Shown one piece after another: positions 9,928-17,806 of a stretch of DNA of 20,000 nucleotides. Both the position numbers and the translations under genes were made by a program. The notes below the pieces were generated by a model. That model worked only from the letters and a program-made list of their open reading frames with translations. It was not told where the DNA came from and made no database searches. The stretch lies in the IMG/VR virus record IMGVR_UViG_3300021185_003889. The stretch is one strand, 5' to 3'. The stretch's first letter is position 1. The number at the start of each line of letters is the position of its first letter. Origin of the DNA: an uncultured virus (IMG/VR IMGVR_UViG_3300021185_003889). Its lineage: Duplodnaviria; Heunggongvirae; Uroviricota; Caudoviricetes.

Positions 9928-11299
9928 TATACATGTATTTAAGTTCTGGGAATGTTTCTTCAAAGTTAGTACCTCTACGTTCATCATATTGAGATATAAA
10001 TCTTGCAAAGTCTTTCCTTTGTTTTTCTACATCAAATGGAGTATAGTCATTTTTACCTATTGCATAATCATAAGTTCTTTTTATCTTCTGTATTTCGACA
10101 TCATTAAAACCGTACTTAATTTTAGTCATACCGTTTCTTCCATAATATAATGCTTTAGTAGCAGCATCTAAAATATACTTTTTATGATTATCTTCTAATA
10201 TTTTTATATTAAGATGAGGTGGCCAACGAGTATAAGATGTATCTAACTGTAATGCAGTATTCCAGTACCTATCCTTATTCCAATGTTTCTTTTTATAAAT
10301 TAGTACCTTATCTATTAATTCACTGTATGTAAAAACAGATAATGCATTAAAAGCAGCCATAATATTTACTGTAACTTTTGGTAACTCAGTAAGTATATTA
10401 TCTATGTTTATCCAAAATTCATCATAATTTAAACCATGTCTTACATATTCTGCTTGTTTACCAGTAGCTTCAACAGAAGTAAAAATTATTAGTTCTTTTA
10501 TCTTATTATTGTTTACTAAATCTTTACATATGTTAATCATTCTATCTATTAACTTTTTAGGTACTCCTAAATTAGTATTTATAGCTAATGATAAATTAGG
10601 ATTTTCTTCCCAGTGGTCTTGAATATACTCTAATACTTTGAAAGTATCTGGAGAAAGTAAAGGTTCACCGCCAGTTATTCTAAATGTATGTAAATCTTTA
10701 AATAAATCTGGCCACCATTCCCAAAATGCATCTATATAAGGATTATGTTCAGATTTTTTATAAGGCATTTCACCTCTTGCTTTTATATCTTTTATACTAT
10801 TAAACCTAGTAGCCGTATCATACCCTCCATGTTTTTCTATCTCTTCTACCCATTTTGAAGAGTATTGAGGTCCACAATAAGCACAAGCAAAATTACAAGT
10901 ATTACTGAATGAAACTTCTACATATCTAGGATTGTAGTCCGCAGACCATCTAGTATTTTTAATTTTATCCATTTGGTCAAGTGACCATGGTTCAGCTGAT
11001 TTAAAAGTTCTATCAGAAAAGTGAGGAGAGTTATCTTCTACGTTCCAGCAATAATTACATTCTGAAGGTCTCTTACCTTCTAGCATTTCTTTCCTTTTTT
11101 TCTTTTTATATCTGGTGTTATGTAATGCAGAAGGATTGTTTCTTAACTCTCTTAATGGTATTTTATGTTGTACAGGGTGGTGACAAGAATGTGTTAATCC
11201 TGTACCTAAGTGCATAGTTACTTGAGTCCATTTTGCTAAACAGAAACCGCATCCTTGTTCATCTAATTTTTTCTTTACTATTCCGTAGTCGAAATTCAT
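9914..11299 (-). CDS. Radical SAM protein, N-terminal 'SCHH' twitch variant (#1)
   Basis: FCLAKW...SCHHP...CNYCW; CNFACAYC; SSKW; ITGGEP; INTN; TSVE; C-terminal DERRGTNFEETFPEL. Confidence 0.94.
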   Translation of the reverse strand: MNFDYGIVKKKLDEQGCGFCLAKWTQVTMHLGTGLTHSCHHPVQHKIPLRELRNNPSALHNTRYKKKKRKEMLEGKRPSECNYCWNVEDNSPHFSDRTFKSAEPWSLDQMDKIKNTRWSADYNPRYVEVSFSNTCNFACAYCGPQYSSKWVEEIEKHGGYDTATRFNSIKDIKARGEMPYKKSEHNPYIDAFWEWWPDLFKDLHTFRITGGEPLLSPDTFKVLEYIQDHWEENPNLSLAINTNLGVPKKLIDRMINICKDLVNNNKIKELIIFTSVEATGKQAEYVRHGLNYDEFWINIDNILTELPKVTVNIMAAFNALSVFTYSELIDKVLIYKKKHWNKDRYWNTALQLDTSYTRWPPHLNIKILEDNHKKYILDAATKALYYGRNGMTKIKYGFNDVEIQKIKRTYDYAIGKNDYTPFDVEKQRKDFARFISQYDERRGTNFEETFPELKYMYNEYK

Positions 11300-12717
11300 A
11301 ATTTTATATCTAACATTTTAGCCCAAGGGGTAAGTATTTTTTCTCCAACTAACTCATATTTAAGTTGCTTGATACCGTCTTCTTTGTAGTTAATTTTTTT
11401 ATCTTGCATTTTAAGAACATATCTACGTTCATTAGCTGCAGTAGTATCACCTTTTACAAATTTACCATCTACTATTCCTTCATCAGGATGTGGTAAACAT
11501 CTCATTCTACCTTCTACTCTATGAGGTAATATAGAATTAGGAACTCTAATGTCTTCTATTTTTTCTTCAACATTAAATAAATTATATTCAGTTTTAGTAT
11601 TATTAAAATCAATATCTACTAAATGTCCTTCAGTAGGGATATTATTATGTAAGTTGCTTACTTCTTGAGGTGTTAATGCTCTATTCCAGGCATGTACCTT
11701 AGCGATATCTCCTTTAAAGTACTTTATTGTACTACCTTCTTGTTCTGATGGTGAAGTTCCTAAGTAGTAATCATTAGAACCGTAATTTTTAAGATTACCT
11801 TTGAATCTCCATGGTGATAAACTTCCTATACCTGCTCTAGCATCTACTTCATTTCCATTTAAATAAAAATGTGAATGGTGAGTAGATAAATCTATAACTG
11901 CTGTAATCCAAGACCATTGTTTATCATATCTTTTTAACCACATATAGTTATGTCCGTTAAATGAATTCCAGTAAGTCAGTGAAAGAGCTCTTGAATTATT
12001 AAACGATATACCGTAATCGTACCCCGGTATTCTAAAAATAGGATACTCTACATATTTACGAGTATTATCTCCTATAAGAAATATAGGATTTTTTTCTGGT
12101 TGTTGATAAGCTCTAACTAATACAGATACTGTATGTGACCTAGAAGTTAATCCTCTAAACTCTCTCTGATATGGTATTTTACCGTATGAATTATTACCGT
12201 TAAAAGAAATATATTTGTGTTGAGGTAAGTTAACATCTAAGTAAGTATCATTTGTTAAACCTTCTAGATGACATCTATAGAATAAATCATCATCTTCCAT
12301 ACCCCAATCCCAATAATCATTAGAATATCCGTTTGTTGCCTCTACTTGCTCTTTAGTAAATAAAACTGCTCCTCCAAAATATTCATGGTACTTTAACTTA
12401 TAATCCATCTGAGATATCTGAGTAGCTATATGTCTTGGTCCTTTATCAGGGTATGAGTAATCACAACCGCCATCCTCTTCAGGAATCATATCTATATCAT
12501 GCCATACTACATAATCACATCCGTCTTCGAAAGCGTGTTTAGCACCTATATTTTTAGTAGCTCCTCTATTAAAGAGTTTATCATCAACTTGATGTACTAT
12601 ATAAATTTGAAAGTCAATATTATTATCTTTTAAGTATTTACCTATTTTAGGTATAAACTCATTCATATGTAACTCTCTATTCCTATATGGAACGCAAACT
12701 CCTAATTTATGACTCAT
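11296..12717 (-). CDS. GT7 (beta-1,4-galactosyltransferase-like) glycosyltransferase with inserted LamG domain
   Basis: VPYRNR, FNRG..KNIG, HDIDM (DxD), YFGGA, NGYSNDYWDWGMEDDD. Then LamG motifs SFNGNNSY..FYLNG..FKGDIAKVHAWNRALT, then a GT7-type tail GRMRCLPH..DGIKQLKY. Confidence 0.9.
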   Translation of the reverse strand: MSHKLGVCVPYRNRELHMNEFIPKIGKYLKDNNIDFQIYIVHQVDDKLFNRGATKNIGAKHAFEDGCDYVVWHDIDMIPEEDGGCDYSYPDKGPRHIATQISQMDYKLKYHEYFGGAVLFTKEQVEATNGYSNDYWDWGMEDDDLFYRCHLEGLTNDTYLDVNLPQHKYISFNGNNSYGKIPYQREFRGLTSRSHTVSVLVRAYQQPEKNPIFLIGDNTRKYVEYPIFRIPGYDYGISFNNSRALSLTYWNSFNGHNYMWLKRYDKQWSWITAVIDLSTHHSHFYLNGNEVDARAGIGSLSPWRFKGNLKNYGSNDYYLGTSPSEQEGSTIKYFKGDIAKVHAWNRALTPQEVSNLHNNIPTEGHLVDIDFNNTKTEYNLFNVEEKIEDIRVPNSILPHRVEGRMRCLPHPDEGIVDGKFVKGDTTAANERRYVLKMQDKKINYKEDGIKQLKYELVGEKILTPWAKMLDIKL

Positions 12718-14138
12718 AACATTACTTCAATATGATGGTAGTTTTCACTGTTGAATTCATTTCTTACCTTATACTTACAATTAGTAAGACCATCTTTCTG
12801 GTAGTTAGATTTTAAACTATAATAGTTATTTAAATACCTTAGTTGATTTTCTCTACTAGTCCAACTAACCCAATACCCATCTTTATACCCATTTTCTCTA
12901 TGAGGTAGTATTTTAAACTTACCTTCTTTTCTGTGCGGTATAGGTTTTGTTATATCGCTTGTATATTGAGTAAATGTCTGCTCACAATTGAAAACTCTAG
13001 CATTATTACCACCTCTCAGATCAATTAAATCAGTACCATTAACAAATTTAGAATCATAATACGATACTAATTTGTCATTAGACTTAAGGTTAAATAAACT
13101 ATCTTTTAAATTAGAACCTAACTGCAAACATTCAGAATCAGTAAGTACGTCATTATATGTAGCAAATGTATCTATTTTACCTTTGAACCAGTTATTTTTC
13201 TCTTTTCTATCTGGATCACCTACTCCTAAATATAAATAAGGTTCTTTTTGAATATTTAGTAGTTTATCAAAAGTATTTTCCCCAACAAGTTTACCATTTA
13301 GGTAAAATTTTACTACCGGTGGTTGGTAGTCTACAGAGTTTTTATTTGCACCTTTATTATCTACTGTAATAATAGCGTTAAAATGACCAGCTTGGAGTCC
13401 TTTAGTTGGAATAGAAATAGAGCTCAAATCGTTTTTCCAAAATTGAAAGGTTAAATCAAAAAACGAATTGATAGTTAATGTAGTATCAAAGCCAGGTATA
13501 CTAAATACTGAGTTATTATCAGTAACTAAATCTACATCTGATATAACGTTGTTATAGCTAAAAGATGTAAATATAGAGAAGTTTCGAAGTATAGAAAGTT
13601 TATTAGGAACAGCAACAAAACTATCCTCACCATTAAATTCTAATGCTACACATTCACGACCTCTCTGTATAACTTTTGTTCCATTTAAATCTATATGATT
13701 TTCTAAACATCTAAGTAATAAATCATCATCTTCGAATCCCCATCCGTAATATTCGTTACTGTATCCGTTTATTTGTTTAAATAAATTAACAGGAAATGCT
13801 GTTACTCCACCGAAATACTCATCGAATAAGGTTCTTGAAACTCCTTCAGGTAAATCTACATCAGTAATTAAGTGAGTAGGTTTATTTACATAGCCGTAAT
13901 CAGCTTCAACTGGTAGCATATCTACATCATGAAATATGACATAGTCACAGCCAAGTTCTTCAGCTTTTAAAAACCCTATGTTAAGAAGCTTACCTCTATT
14001 AAAGTCTTTTTTGTCTGATTGTTCAACTACAATCAACTCAAAATCTATATCAAGATAGTCATTTATTTCTTTTCGGAATGTTGCAAGCTGTTCTGGTCTG
14101 TTTCTGTAGGGTATTATTATGCCTAACTTATGACTCAT
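12714..14138 (-). CDS. GT7 glycosyltransferase with inserted LamG domain (paralogue)
   Basis: IPYRNR, FNRGKLLNIG, HDVDM, YFGGV, NGYSNEYYGWGFEDDD; LamG ALEFNGEDS..FYLNG..FKGKIDTFATYNDVLT; tail GKFKILPH..DGLTNCKY. Confidence 0.9.
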   Translation of the reverse strand: MSHKLGIIIPYRNRPEQLATFRKEINDYLDIDFELIVVEQSDKKDFNRGKLLNIGFLKAEELGCDYVIFHDVDMLPVEADYGYVNKPTHLITDVDLPEGVSRTLFDEYFGGVTAFPVNLFKQINGYSNEYYGWGFEDDDLLLRCLENHIDLNGTKVIQRGRECVALEFNGEDSFVAVPNKLSILRNFSIFTSFSYNNVISDVDLVTDNNSVFSIPGFDTTLTINSFFDLTFQFWKNDLSSISIPTKGLQAGHFNAIITVDNKGANKNSVDYQPPVVKFYLNGKLVGENTFDKLLNIQKEPYLYLGVGDPDRKEKNNWFKGKIDTFATYNDVLTDSECLQLGSNLKDSLFNLKSNDKLVSYYDSKFVNGTDLIDLRGGNNARVFNCEQTFTQYTSDITKPIPHRKEGKFKILPHRENGYKDGYWVSWTSRENQLRYLNNYYSLKSNYQKDGLTNCKYKVRNEFNSENYHHIEVML

Positions 14139-14343
14139 CTTCCTCTTGCTCTTCTTCTTTTTCTTCTCCAGGTGTTCTGTTTAAAAACTCTGCTAAGTAG
14201 TACTGCATTCTTTCTCCCCATTCTTCTTTATCGATTTCTTCAAACCAAAGAGTTAGGTTATCTAGTATTTTAGCAATTTTCTCAATAGCTTTTACTTTTC
14301 TCTCTTCTAAAAGCTGTTTTTCTAAATCTAATTTTGAGCTCAT
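14128..14343 (-). CDS. Small helical hypothetical protein with acidic tail (~71 aa)
   Basis: The ATG at 14343 overlaps the TGA of the upstream gene (ATGA) and is preferred over the track start at 14376. MSSKLDLEK...GEEKEEEQEEDES. Confidence 0.75.
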   Translation of the reverse strand: MSSKLDLEKQLLEERKVKAIEKIAKILDNLTLWFEEIDKEEWGERMQYYLAEFLNRTPGEEKEEEQEEDES

Positions 14344-15179
14344 ATTGTAACTATTTTGTTCATTAATGTATTCCAATGTGGATAGTCCTTATATTCAATA
14401 TACGAAAATTCTTTTAATTCTTCAACTAAATACTTAAGATTATCAGTATCTATTTTCCAATTTGAATTTTTAATAGCCTCGTACAAAATTCTATATTCAT
14501 CTGAGTAAGAATAGTCCTTTTTGTTATCAGCTACTTTTTTTATTCTTTCCACGCAAGTACTATCCCATTTAAAGTGGTGTACCTGAGTAAATACTTCATT
14601 AACAGGCATTCTTCTTGGATGTCCTTTGCCCCAGCTAGTAGTACCGTCATTAAATTTAGCATAATGTTGTCCAGAGCTAATATCTTGAAAACCTTTCATA
14701 AGTGTAACTTTATTAGGACATGCTTTAGACATAGGATATCTAAAGAATCCAGCTAGCGGAAAAGCTTTATGAATATTCGTCTCTCTCGTTACTTCAGGAA
14801 ATGTGCCATCTATACCTATTCTATCTATAAACCCTCCTGTAACAAAGTCATAACCGTATCTCTCACAGTTTTTTATGATATACTCGACAGGCTCTGGGTA
14901 TACTTGTAGTTCATCATCATCAGATACTATCCACCAGTCGTTAGGCTTGGTTTGCTTAATGGTATTATATATCTCTGTTACTCTTTCCCAGTTATATTTA
15001 GGTTCGGTAAACACCATAAATGGTTCTATACCTAACTCTTCTATTTCTTCTAGTATACCATCATCATTACTTTGACGATATACTGCTACATATGCTTTAT
15101 CAATGACATCTTCATAGTGTTTTAACATATGAGGAAGTATATGTGTATTCTCTCCTACTACTGTTACTAAATTAGGCAT
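14340..15179 (-). CDS. GT-A fold glycosyltransferase (GT2-like, Glyco_tranf_2_4 type)
   Basis: ENTHILPHMLKHY, SNDDG, DWWIVSDDDEL (DxDE), NK, GQH and VHHFKW, in the order typical of this family. Confidence 0.75.
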   Translation of the reverse strand: MPNLVTVVGENTHILPHMLKHYEDVIDKAYVAVYRQSNDDGILEEIEELGIEPFMVFTEPKYNWERVTEIYNTIKQTKPNDWWIVSDDDELQVYPEPVEYIIKNCERYGYDFVTGGFIDRIGIDGTFPEVTRETNIHKAFPLAGFFRYPMSKACPNKVTLMKGFQDISSGQHYAKFNDGTTSWGKGHPRRMPVNEVFTQVHHFKWDSTCVERIKKVADNKKDYSYSDEYRILYEAIKNSNWKIDTDNLKYLVEELKEFSYIEYKDYPHWNTLMNKIVTI

Positions 15180-15951
15180 GTCTTAATAATGTTAATCCAG
15201 TTGAACTGGGTTTTGTGTTTAATGTTCCTTCGTTGAAGAAGTCAAATCTTTGCCATTCTTCTCCTATTTCTTCAATAAACTTTGCAGGACCGTTTCCAAA
15301 GTCGTCATACTTATTCTGTTCTTTTATATCCTGTGATACTATATAATTCTCTGTAAAATTTATATCTGTATCATGAATAGATATGATTCCGTTAGGAGAA
15401 AGTATCTTAGAATATAATTCAAAGTCTTTTTTCACACCTTGGTATGAATGATCAGCATCTATATGAAGATAATCGATTTTTATATCTTCCTTTATGAAAA
15501 AATTATAATATGCATTTTCAGTAGTATCGTTTATAAAGCGAGGAAAAAAGTTACTTCTGAAAAATGATGATTCATCTAGATAATTTACTTGCCCTCCTAT
15601 ACCATTAGCTGCATCTACTAAATATGTAGTACCTATATCCCCCCAGTTAAATTCTTTTTTACCTTCAAATATATTTGTTTCGTACAAATCGATTCTAGCT
15701 TGTGTCATTATACGTGGTACAAAGCCTCCTCCTGAACCCAAACAGACGCAGGTTTTAGCTCTCATATAACTAATAATAGAGTATATTAGTAATCCATCTC
15801 CTAAGTGATAATCAGTAGCTCCATGAGTCCATCTGAATTCGACTGGTATCTGTCTTTCATGTACTTTACCGTCTTGTTCAAGTACTTTAACTGTGTCATT
15901 AGTTAGATTCTTAAATATGTAATCTTTATTAAGTATTGTATTCTTGATCAT
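15172..15951 (-). CDS. Class I SAM-dependent methyltransferase (Methyltransf_24-like)
   Basis: CVCLGSGGG motif I; IDYLHIDADHSYQGVKKDF...LSPNGIISIHD. Confidence 0.88.
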   Translation of the reverse strand: MIKNTILNKDYIFKNLTNDTVKVLEQDGKVHERQIPVEFRWTHGATDYHLGDGLLIYSIISYMRAKTCVCLGSGGGFVPRIMTQARIDLYETNIFEGKKEFNWGDIGTTYLVDAANGIGGQVNYLDESSFFRSNFFPRFINDTTENAYYNFFIKEDIKIDYLHIDADHSYQGVKKDFELYSKILSPNGIISIHDTDINFTENYIVSQDIKEQNKYDDFGNGPAKFIEEIGEEWQRFDFFNEGTLNTKPSSTGLTLLRHA

Positions 15952-16783
15952 ATTTAATATCTTTATGAACTGCTAGTATATTTCTTAATATAGCTATTTC
16001 TCCTTGTAAATCAAAGCCTTCTCTAGATTTTTTTATCTTAGCTTTTTCCATCCAGTAATGTCTGAATTTAGTATTACATTCCTCAAGAGGGTATATTCCT
16101 ATAGGATATTCTCTATACTCTTTATCAATACAGCTCCATTCAGCTTTCATAAGTGAATCATATTGAACTTTATGAATATCTAAAAGATTTTTAAGTAATA
16201 ACTGTTCACTGACTATAAGGTAACGTGAATTAGGAGCTTTAAGTTTAGTAAATTCAACCATTAAATCTAAGCTTTTTTGAGCATAAAAATTAGCAAAAGA
16301 ACTGTGAGGAAAATATAAAAAACTACAGTTTATAGCTCTTAATTTTGGTCTATATAAATGCTTTCTTACTGCCTTCATAAAAGGATCATATGCAGTAGGA
16401 TAGTACCTTGTTCCGTCCTCTTCTACTGGTATAACAATTTTATCGTTTAAATGCTGTTCTAGATTTATATACACTAAAAAGTCATGATCCATTATTATAC
16501 TTGGACCTTCTATAAATCTTAAAACTTCTAATTTACTTGAAGCCCAGAATACATTTTTATCGATAAATTTATTTTCAGGTAATAATTTTATTTCGTCCCA
16601 TATCTTACTAGCATTCATATTCTCTATTAACTCAATAGTTAATTGATCAGCATACAATATACAAGTAAAAGTAGGATGATTACGTTTCCACAAAGTAGCG
16701 GAACAAAGTAAAAGCAGAACATCTAATTCGTTATAAAAAGATGACTGCTTTCTTATATTTTCATAGACCCAATATGTATTCAA
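15929..16783 (-). CDS. Putative GT-A / nucleotide-diphospho-sugar transferase-like protein (DUF6734-like)
   Basis: TTG start. LYAD, FWASSKL, PSIIMDHDFLVY (DxD), INCSFL, EQLLL and a late His (FRHYW), a motif order seen in GT-A enzymes. Confidence 0.6.
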   Translation of the reverse strand: MNTYWVYENIRKQSSFYNELDVLLLLCSATLWKRNHPTFTCILYADQLTIELIENMNASKIWDEIKLLPENKFIDKNVFWASSKLEVLRFIEGPSIIMDHDFLVYINLEQHLNDKIVIPVEEDGTRYYPTAYDPFMKAVRKHLYRPKLRAINCSFLYFPHSSFANFYAQKSLDLMVEFTKLKAPNSRYLIVSEQLLLKNLLDIHKVQYDSLMKAEWSCIDKEYREYPIGIYPLEECNTKFRHYWMEKAKIKKSREGFDLQGEIAILRNILAVHKDIKYDQEYNT

Positions 16784-16799
16784 AACCTTTAATTAACTA

Positions 16800-17252
16800 T
16801 TAAGTAAACTCTGCGTAAAATAAAGTTGTACTTGTTTCTGTTCCTGATGTTATAGTTAAAGTATTACTGGTAGATATTTCAGCACCTCCTGAGTTTGTTC
16901 TTCTCCATCTTGTGAAAGTATAAGGATAAGATGCAACTTCATCTGCTGTTAATACTAAGTTACCTTCATCAAGATTACAGTTTTTTAAAATAGTAGTACC
17001 TGAAGACACATTACTTAGTGAATATGATCCTGGACCGCTTACATCAACTTTTCCATTTGAAGATACTTGTAAACTTCCATAAAACCAGTTATTATTATAA
17101 ATTTCACTAGCTGAGGTAGGGTTACTATTAGATGGTGAAGCATCTGCTAATGCATTATTCATAGTTACATTTGAGTCAGAGCTTATATTATTTGCCCAAG
17201 TATCAAAAGAGCTAAATGAAATGTTAGTTGTTCCGTAGGTATGTACTGCCAT
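16800..17252 (-). CDS. Putative virion/tail-fibre-associated protein (150 aa)
   Basis: Ser/Thr/Asn-rich and lies downstream of the S74 tail fibre. The C-terminal LVLTA...YTFTRW...LYAEF-like pattern resembles InlB-B/bacterial-repeat beta domains. Confidence 0.6.
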   Translation of the reverse strand: MAVHTYGTTNISFSSFDTWANNISSDSNVTMNNALADASPSNSNPTSASEIYNNNWFYGSLQVSSNGKVDVSGPGSYSLSNVSSGTTILKNCNLDEGNLVLTADEVASYPYTFTRWRRTNSGGAEISTSNTLTITSGTETSTTLFYAEFT

Positions 17253-17254
17253 GA

Positions 17255-17806
17255 TTATACTTTTTCTATTTTATCTATAGGAAAATTCTTTCCTAATTCT
17301 TGTATTAAATGATTATAACAGAACTCTCCCAAGTTATTTAAAGGTATATTATAGTCTATTACTTTTTTAGTAACTGTTTCTGTACCTACTTTTACCTTTT
17401 CTTTAGTTGTTACAGTTCTATATAATGTTATTTCATTTCCTTCTTCATCAAAGCTAACGTAAGGTACTTCTCTTGAAACTTCTTGTTCTTCTAAAACATC
17501 TACCTCAATAGCTTCTTCTACATAAGGGTGTGTAGTGTATAAATTAGGAATATGTATATCTATTCCATCACTACCAGGTTTATCATAAAATATTACGTTT
17601 TGAGTAACTAATCCAATTGAATTATTTAACTGGTCGTCATAATATTTTCTTAAAAACCTATCACCGTAACTTTTGTCGAGCCAAGCAGTAGTTGAATACC
17701 TTATTTCATTTACTGTATTATTAATACGCCAGGTATCTATCCTAATATATAACTTGTCTGTTGGCCCTTGATTTGTTTCCAAATCTATATTTAATATTAA
17801 TCCCAT
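17255..17806 (-). CDS. Hypothetical protein (183 aa), possibly tail-fibre accessory
   Basis: Clean ORF in operon context directly after the tail fibre; no recognisable motif. Confidence 0.75.
   Translation of the reverse strand: MGLILNIDLETNQGPTDKLYIRIDTWRINNTVNEIRYSTTAWLDKSYGDRFLRKYYDDQLNNSIGLVTQNVIFYDKPGSDGIDIHIPNLYTTHPYVEEAIEVDVLEEQEVSREVPYVSFDEEGNEITLYRTVTTKEKVKVGTETVTKKVIDYNIPLNNLGEFCYNHLIQELGKNFPIDKIEKV

Noticed and set aside
9928..10008. N-terminal extension of the LamG-like ORF given by the track
   Set aside because: It would overlap the conserved C-terminus of the upstream radical SAM by 95 nt; the ATG at 9927 fits the coupling pattern better.
1886..11299. Assignment of the radical SAMs as MoaA, QueE, NrdG, PqqE, anSME or viperin
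   Set aside because: The auxiliary Cys cluster is N-terminal and none of the partner genes (moaC, queC/D, nrdD, pqq, sulfatase) are present, so no gene symbols were given.
3913..15075. Short plus-strand ORFs (3913, 4281, 4755, 7380, 7989, 14574, 14875)
   Set aside because: 60-66 aa each, lying opposite well-supported minus-strand genes, with no recognisable motifs.
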